Positions 35,240 through 45,870 are shown, numbered from the stretch's first letter. The stretch is DNA of 54,335 bases from Acidimicrobiales bacterium (GCA_020439555.1 JAGQSN010000095.1:1-54335), one strand, 5' to 3'. Made by a program: numbers and translations. The notes: generated by a model from the sequence alone, not told the origin.

Positions 35240-37295
35240 GGTTCCGCTGCACGGTCCTCAGCAGTCCGGCCCAGGTGCCGAGTCCATAACCGACGTGCAT
35301 GGTGACTATGGCCGTGGCGACGGTGAGTGGCTTGGTCTTCAACTGGGACCCGTCGTCGGAACCGGTGGAGCGGACCGCTTCGACGGTGCCCGCAGCGACG
35401 ACTGCGGCGTACGAGGCCAGGACGATGCCCAACGGGCGACGCGAGCGTCCCACCGCTGCTGCCGACGCGGTAGCCGCGACCGACGCGACGAATGCGGCGG
35501 GGACGACGTGACGCCAGGACGGAACCGTCCGGTGTTTCTCCATCACGCGTACCTTGTAGAAGCCGTAGCCGTGGTATTGACGCCAGAGTCCCCCGACGGT
35601 TCCTCTGCTGAAGTAGGTCGACCTGATCGCAGGGTCCATCCAGATCCGTCCGCCCGCCCGCGTCATCCGGAGGTTGAACTCGTCGTCCTGATTCCGGACG
35701 AGTGTTTCGTCGAAGGTCCCGATCCTGTCGAACACCTCTCTCCTGTAGGCGCCGAACGCGAGGGTGTCGACGTGTCCCGCCGTCTCGGACGTGCGAAACG
35801 CGACTCCGCCGACCCCGACGCGGCTGCTTTGCGCGGCCGCTATCGACGCTGCCTCGTCCGTCTCTCCGATCGTCTCCATGGGGCCGCCGACGCAAGCGTC
35901 TCCTGTCGCACGGAGGGCGTCGATGCACTGGCGGAGGTAGTCGGGTGCAATCACGCAGTGGCCATCGACCCTCACGACGACCTCGCCCTTCGCCACGGCC
36001 AGGCCGAGGTTCATCGATACGGGCACGATCCGCTGCGGGTTGTTCAGCACCTGTATCGCCGTGCCGCATTCGGCTGCGATCCTGTGAGCCAGATCAGCCG
36101 TTCCATCCTCCGAGGCGCCGTCGACCACGATCACCTGTGGAGTCTCCACGTCGTCCTGGGTGAGCACCGCTCGAAGCGACCTCTCCAGATATCTGCCTTC
36201 GTTGCGCACGGGCATGATGACCGAGATCGACGGGTCATCTCGCAGCGGCGGGAGGGCGAGTGGTCGCACTCTGCTGAGAACATCGTCGAACAAGGCGGTC
36301 CACGCCCCCCTTACTGCAGGCCATGACGAGTTCTCGGCGATGGCTCGTCCGTTGACTGAGAGTGTGTCGGCCAGTGTCGGGTCGTCCAGCAAACGTCCCA
36401 GCGCGGTTGCCATCGCCTCGGGATCGTCGCTAGGAACCAGAAGCGCGTCGGTCCCGTCTCGCAGAAGCGAAGGGACTCCGCCGACACACGTCGCGACTAT
36501 GGGGAGGCCAGCGGCCGCGGCCTCGAGAAGGCTGACCGGCGTGTTGTCGATCCGGTTCGTGTGCAGATAGATGTCGTGAGCGTCGAACGCCCGATCCTTG
36601 GCGTCACGATCGAGGAAGCCGACCACGTCCACCACGTCGCCGAGGGCGTGTCGCTCGATCTCTGCCAGGACGTCCGAGGTGGACCCCTTCTCCTGACCGG
36701 CCATCGTGAGGTGTACCTCGGGGTGGTTGTTGCGCAGGAGGGCAACCGCGCGCACGGCGAGTTCGGGGTTGTACACGGGGTGGAACGTCCGCATCCACAG
36801 GATCCGAGGTGTCGCCTTGCGCCTTCGACGGAACACGATCGTCTCGGTGTCGGCGAGGTTCGGCAGGACGGTGACGTCGAACTCCTCGAAGGCGTCGGTC
36901 AGATAGCTCGAAGGGGCGACTATTCGATCGGCTCGGCGTAGAACTCGGCCGGTCCACCGTGGGTGCTGCGCCCTGTGGGTCGGAAGATTCCCGCCGTGCA
37001 GGACCATCACCAGCGGAATGCCGAGTCGAGAGGCCGCAGCGCTGGCGGCATCGACCGTCACGAATGCCGGACCGCTGAAGACCGACAGCACGATCACGTC
37101 GACGGTTCCGCGCCAGCGCGAGATACTCGTCAGAGTGTCGATCAGGCGGGAAGCACGTCCGACCTTGCTGGAGGTCTCGAGCACGGACCATCCCTCGGAG
37201 CGGAACCGGTCGGCGAGGAGCTCGCCCTGAGTGGTCACCCACCCCGGGTTTCGACCGAGCATCGGTCCGACGAATCCGATCGTCGGCGTCCTCAT
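35202..37295 (-). CDS. GT4-GT2 bifunctional glycosyltransferase
   Basis: N-terminal DNTPVSLLEAAAAGLPIV (GT4). C-terminal ISVIMPVRNE, VVDGASEDGT, RVDGH and RNQDDEFNLR (ExoA-like GT2). Confidence 0.92.
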   Translation of the reverse strand: MRTPTIGFVGPMLGRNPGWVTTQGELLADRFRSEGWSVLETSSKVGRASRLIDTLTSISRWRGTVDVIVLSVFSGPAFVTVDAASAAASRLGIPLVMVLHGGNLPTHRAQHPRWTGRVLRRADRIVAPSSYLTDAFEEFDVTVLPNLADTETIVFRRRRKATPRILWMRTFHPVYNPELAVRAVALLRNNHPEVHLTMAGQEKGSTSDVLAEIERHALGDVVDVVGFLDRDAKDRAFDAHDIYLHTNRIDNTPVSLLEAAAAGLPIVATCVGGVPSLLRDGTDALLVPSDDPEAMATALGRLLDDPTLADTLSVNGRAIAENSSWPAVRGAWTALFDDVLSRVRPLALPPLRDDPSISVIMPVRNEGRYLERSLRAVLTQDDVETPQVIVVDGASEDGTADLAHRIAAECGTAIQVLNNPQRIVPVSMNLGLAVAKGEVVVRVDGHCVIAPDYLRQCIDALRATGDACVGGPMETIGETDEAASIAAAQSSRVGVGGVAFRTSETAGHVDTLAFGAYRREVFDRIGTFDETLVRNQDDEFNLRMTRAGGRIWMDPAIRSTYFSRGTVGGLWRQYHGYGFYKVRVMEKHRTVPSWRHVVPAAFVASVAATASAAAVGRSRRPLGIVLASYAAVVAAGTVEAVRSTGSDDGSQLKTKPLTVATAIVTMHVGYGLGTWAGLLRTVQRNLRGVDGPRPEGD

Positions 37296-37361
37296 CGTTT
37301 CCCCCGGGTCGACTCTGCCATGGCTGGCGTTCCTTGCCGCACCCTACGATGAGCAAATGCA

Positions 37362-38765
37362 TTGGAGCGAGATCGACTCGTGACGACTCTCGCCGGGAGG
37401 ACGCCCCTCACTCGGGGGTCGGCACAGCCCACCGAGGACGGGATCCTGCGCTTGTTCGCCACGCCTTCCGCGTGGGTCGTGATGGTCATCGCGTCCTCCG
37501 CGTACGGCGTGGTCCTTTCCAAGTCCTCGCTGCTCTCCACCGGGCACATGCTGCTCACGTTCGTCGTGTTCGGAGCGGTCACGCTCGTGGCCCGCTCTCC
37601 GGATCTGCTGCTGGCCGTGACGGTCTACTGCGGGCTGTGCGACGTCCTTTGGCGTGAGACATCGGCGCGTGGACCTTACGAAGCTGCCAAGTATCTGCTG
37701 GTCATAGGTTTCACGGTCTTGGCGGTGCGGTTCGTTCGGCGCGCACAGTTGTCGCCGTTCGCGTTCGCTTTGGTCGCGCTCCTGGTGCCCGGCGCGATGG
37801 TCGGTGTATGGCGGCTCGGACCGTTGGTCGCACGCGAGTACCTCGTGGCATACCTGGCGGGTCTCGTGGCCATAGCCGCAGCGCTCTGGGGATGTGGGAA
37901 CCTGAGACTGTCGACGACGGAGGTGCGGGGGTTGTACACGATCGCGCTATCGCCGATCGTCGCGGTGACAGCGGTTGCCACATCCTCCACGCTGGGGGCG
38001 GGGCAGATCGAGTTCTCGGACGATGTCAGCTTCGTCGCGTCGGGTGGTTTCGGTCCGAACCAGGTGTCCTCGGTGGTGTGTTTCGGCGCACTGCTATGCC
38101 TCTTGGTCGTCCTGCAACCGAAGGTGGGTGCGAGCACTCGCATCCTGGCCATGGTCACGGCGGTCTGGCTCGTCGGCCAAGGGATCCTGACCTTCTCACG
38201 AGGGGGACTTTTCGGCCTCGTGCTCGCCATCGGTTCGATCGTCCTTGCCGCAATGACATCTGCCGGTCACCGGTCTCGCGCTCTTTCGTTCGCGGTGGTC
38301 GTGGTAGTCCTGGCGACATTCATCCTGTCGTGGGCTGCATCCTTCACCGGCGGCAGTTCCGAAAAGCGGTTCAGTTCCGTCGACTCGACGAACCGTGTGG
38401 CGATCGCTGGAGACGACGTCCGGCTCTTCTTCCAGCACCCGATCCTCGGCGTTGGTGTCGGTCTGTCGAAGACTGAACGGGCAACGTGGTCCGGTGTGGC
38501 TCCTCACACCGAGTACACGAGACTCTTGGCGGAGCACGGACTGTTCGGCGTGGGTGTGATCCTGGTGCTCGCAGCGGCGTCGATCCGGTTGGTTCGTCGC
38601 GCCGCGGGGTGGGGGAGGATGGCCACCACGGCACTCATCGTGATGTCTCTGTCCCAGATGGTTCACAGCGCGACGAGGATCGGTTCCATCGCGGTGGCGT
38701 TCGCGCTGGCTTCCCTGATCGTCGACGGTTCGACCCGCCAACCCGTGGGGGAGCCGGCTCATTGA
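37362..38765 (+). CDS. O-antigen ligase/polymerase (Wzy_C) family membrane protein
   Basis: About 12 TMs; GPNQ, LTFSRGG, HPILGVG.G and PHTEYTRLLAEHGLFG. Confidence 0.88.
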   Translation: MERDRLVTTLAGRTPLTRGSAQPTEDGILRLFATPSAWVVMVIASSAYGVVLSKSSLLSTGHMLLTFVVFGAVTLVARSPDLLLAVTVYCGLCDVLWRETSARGPYEAAKYLLVIGFTVLAVRFVRRAQLSPFAFALVALLVPGAMVGVWRLGPLVAREYLVAYLAGLVAIAAALWGCGNLRLSTTEVRGLYTIALSPIVAVTAVATSSTLGAGQIEFSDDVSFVASGGFGPNQVSSVVCFGALLCLLVVLQPKVGASTRILAMVTAVWLVGQGILTFSRGGLFGLVLAIGSIVLAAMTSAGHRSRALSFAVVVVVLATFILSWAASFTGGSSEKRFSSVDSTNRVAIAGDDVRLFFQHPILGVGVGLSKTERATWSGVAPHTEYTRLLAEHGLFGVGVILVLAAASIRLVRRAAGWGRMATTALIVMSLSQMVHSATRIGSIAVAFALASLIVDGSTRQPVGEPAH

Positions 38766-39772
38766 CCGATCTCCGCATCCTCGGACCCGAGCGTTCGATC
38801 ACCTTCGATCGGTTCCTGTCGACGCTGGGCGACAGCGGTTTTCGGGCGAGCCGAGTCGAGAACGGACCGGACCTGGCGGTACTCGTACCCGACACATCAC
38901 AGATGGAGTTGCTCCGATCGGCCTGGTCCGCCCGTCGGGCGGGCGTGGCCGTTTTCGCCATCGATGACGACTCGGGGACGCTTGGAAGTCGCCTCCACCG
39001 TTTCCCGCTGAAGATCGTCACGGATCGACTCGTCAGCAGATGGGTTCGCGTCTCCGAACTCGACAGGACCGACTTGGCCGTCCACCTACAACAGGTCGGC
39101 GCCCTGAGAAGCGGAGACTCCGTCTGCAGATCCGGAGTGGATGCAGTGGCACTCGACGACCTGAGTGCCATCGTTACCGTCCACTGCGCGGCCTTCCCGG
39201 ATTCCGCCATGACAAGGCTCGGTCCTGCGGTCGTCGAGCGTTACTACAGGTGGCAGTTCGTCGGTGCCCATCCGCTCCCGTTCGCTCGGGGAGCATTCGA
39301 CGGGGGTCGCCTTGTCGGGTTCGTGTTCGGCGGCCTGAGGAAGGATGCCGTATCGGGTTTCTCTCGACGTTTTCTGGCTTCTGTGCTCGCAGCGGTGGTC
39401 CACCATCCGCTCGAGGCGCGGCACTTGGGGTGGGACCGGGTCAGGCCCGTCATACGTCTGATGCTCGGACGCAGAGCTCGACCCGCAGGGACACCAGGAG
39501 TGGCCGAAACGAACCGTGCTGAGGTGTCGTTCGACAGTCCGTCCTTCGGCGTCCTGTCGATCGCGCTCGAACCTTCAGCGCGGGGCAGCGGATTGGCTTC
39601 TGAACTGATCCGCGCAGCCGAACGTGAAGCCGTGGCAGCAGGGTGTGGTCGTATGCACCTGACCGTCGAGCGGAACAACCGTCGTGCGATCCGCTTCTAC
39701 GAACGGGAAGGCTGGACGCAGGCCACGACTCGGGACGGTGCGACCGTCCAGATGTGGAAACTGCTGCGGTGA
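38762..39772 (+). CDS. GNAT family acyltransferase with N-terminal extension
   Basis: VLSIALEPSARGSGLA and LTVERNNRRAIRFYEREGW; TTGA overlap. Confidence 0.85.
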   Translation: MTDLRILGPERSITFDRFLSTLGDSGFRASRVENGPDLAVLVPDTSQMELLRSAWSARRAGVAVFAIDDDSGTLGSRLHRFPLKIVTDRLVSRWVRVSELDRTDLAVHLQQVGALRSGDSVCRSGVDAVALDDLSAIVTVHCAAFPDSAMTRLGPAVVERYYRWQFVGAHPLPFARGAFDGGRLVGFVFGGLRKDAVSGFSRRFLASVLAAVVHHPLEARHLGWDRVRPVIRLMLGRRARPAGTPGVAETNRAEVSFDSPSFGVLSIALEPSARGSGLASELIRAAEREAVAAGCGRMHLTVERNNRRAIRFYEREGWTQATTRDGATVQMWKLLR

Positions 39773-39793
39773 CTCGAGCGCGTTGTCATGCGG

Positions 39794-41146
39794 TCAGTCG
39801 CGGAGCGGTCGTCGGATGATCTGAGGCTTGCCGGACGGGGAGTCGGGAATGGTGTCCACCCTGACCCATGCAAGCTCCAGCGATTCGCCCACGGCCTCTC
39901 TCAACCTGGCTGATGCCCTTTCCAGGACACCTGGCGGCACTTCTGTTGAGGAGCGGTACTCGATGACGAGGCTGTCGTCTGACGGTATGACCGAGAACTG
40001 CTCGATCTCAGGTTCGTGTTCGAACACCCCGGTGAAGGTGTGCACCGTGATCGTCCGGCCACCGGGTGAGATCCAGACATCGGTTTCCCTGCCCACGACT
40101 CGTTCGAGCTGCGGAAACTCGAGGCCGTGCGGCGACGCCTCAGGTCTGGCGGGGGCAACAGCCAGATCGCCGAGAGCGAACCGGATGATCGGCATCGCGA
40201 GCGCGTCGATCCGCGTGACGACAACCCGCCCCATCTGACCCGGCGGCACCGGCTCGTCGTGGTCGTCCAGCAATTCGACGACCACGTGAGGTGACATCAC
40301 GTAATACGGGCCGTCGAACCGTTGTGCGGCGATCATGAAGCCCTCGGTCGCGCCGTAGGTGTCCACTACGGGAGCATCGAAGGCATCGGCGAGGTGGCGC
40401 CGGTGCGCCGGGTAGAGCTTGTCCCCCCAACTGATCGCCGATTCGAAGCGGATGGTCCGTCCCTCTTCGAGCGCCACCCTCGCCAGTGCGTCGATGGACG
40501 ATGCATATCCGCCGATGTGACGCCACTTCCGCTTGCCGTACCCGTCGAGGACCTCGAGCATGTCGGACCTGGTCAGGCCGAAGGCCGTCACGTAGCTCGT
40601 GCGCAACATGCGGTCCTTGACCCGCTTCACGACACCGCGATCGGGTGTCATGCCCGTCTGCAGGAGGGGATCTCCTATCCGATAGCCGGCCCACTCCCAC
40701 CACAACGTCTGAATAGCCTGGGCTCGGCTGATCTCTGCGGGTGTCGACCAGAGAGTGCTCTGGAAACCCGATGATCCGCTGCTGACGACCTTCACCAGCT
40801 TGCCGGAGCCCGGAGTGATCAATCGCTCGCCTTCGGACCTGAGGTCGGCCTTGGTGAGGATCGGGAATCGCCTGAGCCACTCGTAGGGATCTTCCGAAGC
40901 CTGGATTCCCAACTCGCGATAGTGGGCGACCTCCCGTGAGGCATGTGCGAGAAGTTTGGCCAGGCCGTCACGCTCCATCTGACGGAGAGAGGCCGAATCG
41001 AGATGCTGGATCAGGCGCCATCGGCGCAGTTCGCGCATGAACTCGGTTCGCAGCACCGTGTCACCGAACGGGAGGGCGGCATGCTCCAGGAACGCGTTGT
41101 ACGCGCGGTCGAGGCGTGTGCGTCGGTGCGACGTGTCGTTCGTCAT
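39794..41146 (-). CDS. Phenylacetate-CoA ligase-like (CapK-like) adenylating enzyme
   Basis: FPILTKADLR, SSGSSG, DTYGATE, PIIRFALGD, GRETD and SGKPQ. Confidence 0.88.
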   Translation of the reverse strand: MTNDTSHRRTRLDRAYNAFLEHAALPFGDTVLRTEFMRELRRWRLIQHLDSASLRQMERDGLAKLLAHASREVAHYRELGIQASEDPYEWLRRFPILTKADLRSEGERLITPGSGKLVKVVSSGSSGFQSTLWSTPAEISRAQAIQTLWWEWAGYRIGDPLLQTGMTPDRGVVKRVKDRMLRTSYVTAFGLTRSDMLEVLDGYGKRKWRHIGGYASSIDALARVALEEGRTIRFESAISWGDKLYPAHRRHLADAFDAPVVDTYGATEGFMIAAQRFDGPYYVMSPHVVVELLDDHDEPVPPGQMGRVVVTRIDALAMPIIRFALGDLAVAPARPEASPHGLEFPQLERVVGRETDVWISPGGRTITVHTFTGVFEHEPEIEQFSVIPSDDSLVIEYRSSTEVPPGVLERASARLREAVGESLELAWVRVDTIPDSPSGKPQIIRRPLRD

Positions 41147-43446
41147 CGGTGCGTCTCCGCAGCCAGTACCTCACCGACTCGATCCAGGTAGGTCGCATAG
41201 GTGAACCTGCCGACGCCGTCGAGACCTTTCGCAGCGAGGCGGTCGTGCTCGTTGAACGCCTGTCGCAGTCCGTCGGACCAGCGACCATCGTCGACCAGCA
41301 CACCTCCGCCGGTCTCTCTCAGGACCTGGCCGACACTCGAGATCGGCGCGGTCACCGGTGTACATCCGAACGCAAGCGCTTCGGCGAGCACCTTCGGAAA
41401 GCCTTCGGAGGAGGAGGGAAGGACCAGGGCATGGGCATCGGTCAGAAAGCTCTCCACCTCAGATCGTGTCACCCATCCGTGCGACCTGATCGGTGCCGAG
41501 CTTTCGACCGAACGCTCCTCGACCCAGGAGCGGAGCGGGCCGTCCCCGAGAACGTCGAGTTCGATGTCCATGCCCTCGTCGTGGAGGGCCTCGACGGCTT
41601 CGATTGCGATCCGCACCCCTTTGGCGGCTTCGAGCCTGCCGACGAACACGACGCGAAACGGGGGTTCCGTGGTCTTGGCGGCCGCCGCGCGGCGCCCCGC
41701 TTCGACCTCATCGTCAGTGAGTGTCGGATTGTCGAAAGCGCGGACGAAGTCAGGTTGGTTCGGCCATCGACCGTTCACGCTCACGGTCGCTCTGGCCAGT
41801 CCGTTGCGCAGCCACCAACGCTGTAGTCGGTAGGTCGCAGCGTCCCGGTGCTCCGGGGCCCAGTTCCCGGCATACTTCACCCACCTCGCCCTGGGGGAGC
41901 GTCGCGCCAGAAGGACCGACAACGCGACCATCGAAATACCCGCTGGGCATCGGACGTGGGCAACGTCAGCGTGCCGCAGTTCGCGGTCGATGGCGATCGC
42001 CCAGGCGGGCACCGCTCGCAGCGCGAGCACGCGGTCGACCGGTCGTGGTCCACCGGCCGGCGGGACGGGCACGAAGCGCACGTTCGAAGCCTCGGCGGGC
42101 AGGGCCACCCCTGGTGGGGGGCCGCCGTGTAGGGGCGCGACGTGGACAAGTTCGGACGCCAGCGTCGCCAGGTGGTCGATCTCGCGGGTCGTCGGACCGA
42201 ACGCGACGATCGATCCGTCGGTTGCCCGGTAGTGCTCGGTGTGGGAGATCACCACGATGCGTGGCTTGCGCTTGGCAGCGACTAGTTCGTCGAGGATCTC
42301 GCCGTAGTCGGCCGCTCGGTGTCTCCACGTCCCGGAGGAACGGGCGCAGAGGTTCGCTTCCCGGCCCATGGAGACCCGGCGCCGTCCGTCGGTGAGCAGG
42401 GACGCGAGAGCGGTTGCCAATGGAGTGGCTTCTGTACTGGAGACCAGTCCAGTGCGGCCGTCGATGACTGCCTCAGCCGCTCCGGTACCTGCGGCGACCA
42501 CCGCCGGAATGCCGGACAGAGCTGCCTCGACCACGGCGATCCCGAATCCTTCGACGTCACCGGACGAGGTCGAGGTGCTCGTCATGGCGAACAGGTCCGC
42601 CGCTGCGTAGGCGTCGGTGACCTCGTCCGAGTCGAGTTGTCCGGTGATGAAGAGTCGGTCGGATACGCCGAGTTCGGCGGCGCGTGCTGCCATGTCCTCA
42701 CGATCGGTCGGCGCACCGACCAGCACGTAGGCGACGTCCGGCACGGATTCCGCAACTGCAGGCAGCGCCTCGATGACCTTTCGCTGTCCCTTGCGTTCGG
42801 TCAGATTGCCGACGGTCAGGACGACGGGCCGGTCGCCGAGACCCCATCGTTCCCGGAACCGTTGTCGGCGGCTGGGATCCGGTGCGAATCGTGTGCCGTC
42901 GGCGCCGTTCGGAATCACCGTGGCGTCGACGTGTGCGGCCATCTCCCGTATCAGGCCAGCGGTGAACGCGCTGACCGCTACGACGCGGTCGGACTGCTCG
43001 ATGACTCTACGGGTGAGGCGGCGTTGCCATGCCGGGCCGCCTAGTTCGGAGCCGTGGATGACTGACACGACCGGCACGCCCGCTCTGACCGATGCCGGCA
43101 CTGCGAACCACAACACCCGGCCACCGGAGGCGATGACGACGTCAGGGCGATGTGCCGACAGTGCCCGCCTCAGAGCGCTTAGCCGACGTCGTGCGGTCAC
43201 CAGGGGATTGGGGCCGTCGGGCAGTCGGGAGATGGCGATCGGCGAGGATTCTCGAAACCGCTTCTGCTCCGCTGGTGCCGCGTAGTGCTGCGATCCGAGC
43301 AGTGCGACGTCGAAGCCCAGTTCGTCCAGAGCCACCGATAACTGATGGGCGTGGGTGCCGATGCCGCCCGGTCCCGGTGGCAACTCGCTGGCGACCACCA
43401 GTACCCGACCCCGGCAGGCATCGACGGGGTCCGTTTCGCGGTTCAT
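41143..43446 (-). CDS. Tandem GT4-GT4 glycosyltransferase
   Basis: Two GT-B modules: PGGIG...EGFGIAVVEA and VGRLEAAKG...EGFPKVLAEA. Confidence 0.92.
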   Translation of the reverse strand: MNRETDPVDACRGRVLVVASELPPGPGGIGTHAHQLSVALDELGFDVALLGSQHYAAPAEQKRFRESSPIAISRLPDGPNPLVTARRRLSALRRALSAHRPDVVIASGGRVLWFAVPASVRAGVPVVSVIHGSELGGPAWQRRLTRRVIEQSDRVVAVSAFTAGLIREMAAHVDATVIPNGADGTRFAPDPSRRQRFRERWGLGDRPVVLTVGNLTERKGQRKVIEALPAVAESVPDVAYVLVGAPTDREDMAARAAELGVSDRLFITGQLDSDEVTDAYAAADLFAMTSTSTSSGDVEGFGIAVVEAALSGIPAVVAAGTGAAEAVIDGRTGLVSSTEATPLATALASLLTDGRRRVSMGREANLCARSSGTWRHRAADYGEILDELVAAKRKPRIVVISHTEHYRATDGSIVAFGPTTREIDHLATLASELVHVAPLHGGPPPGVALPAEASNVRFVPVPPAGGPRPVDRVLALRAVPAWAIAIDRELRHADVAHVRCPAGISMVALSVLLARRSPRARWVKYAGNWAPEHRDAATYRLQRWWLRNGLARATVSVNGRWPNQPDFVRAFDNPTLTDDEVEAGRRAAAAKTTEPPFRVVFVGRLEAAKGVRIAIEAVEALHDEGMDIELDVLGDGPLRSWVEERSVESSAPIRSHGWVTRSEVESFLTDAHALVLPSSSEGFPKVLAEALAFGCTPVTAPISSVGQVLRETGGGVLVDDGRWSDGLRQAFNEHDRLAAKGLDGVGRFTYATYLDRVGEVLAAETHR

Positions 43447-45158
43447 CTCGCGTCGCTTTCAGGTGTCGCGCGGGTGTGCGACTCGTCGTGTCGGGGGTTC
43501 AGGACAGGAATAGGAGGTCGATCGGCAACCAGCATTCGAGCCGCCTCGTCCGTCTGGCGGATGCGCCTGATGCTGGACGGCAGGAGCGAGATCTGGACGG
43601 CGGCCCTGAGGAGCCGCCGGGCACGGCTCCCCGAGCCCCCGATCTGGCTGAGGAGACTCAGGTAGCGCATGTTGGCGACCTGATCCGGCCTGAAGTAGCG
43701 CTGCCACAGGTACGACTGTGTAGTGGCGGGCAGGTGGCGGGCGGCGAGCGATCGGCGGGCCGAAGCACGGGTAACCCTCCGGGCTTCGTGGGTGCGCAGG
43801 CCTCCGGACGGGGCGTGGTGGTGGAACACCATCACGGACGGGTCATAGACGAGCAGTGCGCCGCTCAGGTGAAGCCGCATTCCCAGATCGTGGTCGGCCC
43901 GTGGGCCCCTGTCGTAGGCCGTGTCGAACAAACCGGACCGGATCAGCGCAGCACGCGTGACCATCGAATTGTTCGTGGGGAAGACGTCGCTGATCCGACG
44001 GTGAAGAAATCCTGGAGGAGGGGGACCAGCCGTCGCGTCGTCGACGCCGCCACACGAAGCGTCGATACCCGTTCCGAGTCGGCGGAGGTGTTGTTCGACC
44101 AGGTCGTCGGGGATCTCGTCGTCGTCGTCGATGAAGAGGAAGGCGTCCCCCGTGGCGTACCGGATCGCCGCGTTGCGAGCGGTCGACTGCCCTGGAGTGT
44201 CCTGGCATATGACGGTGATGGGCAATCCGGGTGCTGCTCGGATGAGGTCCTCGCGTCGACGACTGGATGCGGTCTGATCGACGACGATCACCTCGTGCAC
44301 CGGAACGGTCTGCTCGGCGAGTTGGCCGAGCAACGGAATCAGGAACGGATACCTGTCGACGGTTGGCAGTACGACGGACACACGTCGTTCCGTGTCGCCC
44401 TCGGAGGGTCGGGAATTCCTGTACACCAGTGCTCTGGTGGTTCGCGTCGAGAAGATGGCGCGCCCCAGGTCGGCAGCATCACGGAGTCGGACCTGACCTG
44501 TCGTCAAGCCTCGCAGCGCCGCCCAAGTTGCCCACTTCTGCCCACGGTGGTGGCACAGTGACCTGATCGAATCGAGCGGCGAGGGCGGCGGATCGACGAT
44601 GTTCGGTCCCACAGCCAGGTTCGGTACGTTCCGCACGATCGCTCCGGCCTGTATCCAGCGAAGCCCGAGGTCGAGTGATGCGCCCGACAACACGTCCATC
44701 GTGGTGTCCGGTGGACCCAGTTGCTCCAAGACAGCATTCCGGACCAGAAGTGCACGAAAGGAGACTCTCCAGGACGACACCTCGACGTCCCTCGCCACCG
44801 GTGCGTTGAGCATCCAGGTCGGACTCACATGGTCCAGCAGTTCGGGAGCGGCGCCCAGGCCGAGAGACACGCCGGCGTGCCACACATCTCCAGGACCGTC
44901 GAGCAGTCCTCGCAATGTGTCGATGCTGGGAAGAGATAGGCGTTCGTCGAGGAAGAGGGTCGCGGCAGAACCGTCGACGTCGGAGAACGCGTTCGCGACG
45001 GCCGATGGAGTTGCGATGACGTTCCACGAACGTCCATGCGGCCAAGACCTGACCGGGGCAGCGCGATCGGAGGTGATCGTGACTAGATCGATCACATTCC
45101 CCTCCATCGCGGGCACCGTATCGAAGGTCGCGCAACCGTCGGAAGTGTCCGCCGGCAC
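43443..45158 (-). CDS. GT2 glycosyltransferase with N-terminal degenerate GT-A-like domain
   Basis: VSVVLPTVDR, VIVVDQ, ARNAAI, FIDDD and GLFD...DHDLGMRL. Start 45158 or 45107. Confidence 0.88.
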   Translation of the reverse strand: MPADTSDGCATFDTVPAMEGNVIDLVTITSDRAAPVRSWPHGRSWNVIATPSAVANAFSDVDGSAATLFLDERLSLPSIDTLRGLLDGPGDVWHAGVSLGLGAAPELLDHVSPTWMLNAPVARDVEVSSWRVSFRALLVRNAVLEQLGPPDTTMDVLSGASLDLGLRWIQAGAIVRNVPNLAVGPNIVDPPPSPLDSIRSLCHHRGQKWATWAALRGLTTGQVRLRDAADLGRAIFSTRTTRALVYRNSRPSEGDTERRVSVVLPTVDRYPFLIPLLGQLAEQTVPVHEVIVVDQTASSRRREDLIRAAPGLPITVICQDTPGQSTARNAAIRYATGDAFLFIDDDDEIPDDLVEQHLRRLGTGIDASCGGVDDATAGPPPPGFLHRRISDVFPTNNSMVTRAALIRSGLFDTAYDRGPRADHDLGMRLHLSGALLVYDPSVMVFHHHAPSGGLRTHEARRVTRASARRSLAARHLPATTQSYLWQRYFRPDQVANMRYLSLLSQIGGSGSRARRLLRAAVQISLLPSSIRRIRQTDEAARMLVADRPPIPVLNPRHDESHTRATPESDAR

Positions 45159-45213
45159 TCACGGCGGCGAGGTCGGCGCAAGGAGCATGCCGCCGGCCGA
45201 GGGCACGACTCGG

Positions 45214-45870
45214 TCACTTTCGTACCGCGAACACCCCGAAGCCCAGCGGTGAGTCATCAGGCTGATCGAAACGGCCGAAGATCGCGCTGAACATGAGCCC
45301 GATCAACTTCATCGGCAAGTAGCGGCGGTTCCATTTGCCAACAGGTCTCTGAAGGAACTGCGCCAGTGTCGAGATCCTGCCACCAAGTCGGGTCATAGTC
45401 AGAATCTCGAAGTCCGGTTCAAGGTGTGCCTTGATCACCTGATCCGTGAATCTCCAGTAGTCGACCTCATCGTGGAGCGGATAGAGCAGAGGCACGACGA
45501 GGACGAGAGTTCCACCCGGACGAAGCGTCCGAGCCATCTCGGAGAATGCTGCCGGAACGTTTCTAACGTGCTGGAGTACCGAGGCACAGAGGAAGGCGTC
45601 CTGAGAACCGTCTTCGAAGTGCATGTCCGTCGCGTCGAGGAATGAAGTGAAGTCTCTAGCGACGTTCGTCACCTCGAACGAGTCCGCATTTGGAAAGAAG
45701 CGTCCCAGGTTGTAGTGGAGCTCCCCTCCGATCTCGACCACCCTTCCTCGGCAGTTGGGCCCAACAATATCGAGGAAGCGGTCCTGGTATGCTCGAAAGA
45801 AGCTCTCCCTTCTGAACTGACTTGCTGTCACCTCACTGATGAATGGTGGACAAACAAAGTTGGTGTTCAC
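45214..45870 (-). CDS. Class I SAM-dependent methyltransferase
   Basis: VVEIGG, LDATDMHF, SVLQHV, RTLRPGG..VP..YPLH and DYWRFT. Confidence 0.85.
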   Translation of the reverse strand: MNTNFVCPPFISEVTASQFRRESFFRAYQDRFLDIVGPNCRGRVVEIGGELHYNLGRFFPNADSFEVTNVARDFTSFLDATDMHFEDGSQDAFLCASVLQHVRNVPAAFSEMARTLRPGGTLVLVVPLLYPLHDEVDYWRFTDQVIKAHLEPDFEILTMTRLGGRISTLAQFLQRPVGKWNRRYLPMKLIGLMFSAIFGRFDQPDDSPLGFGVFAVRK

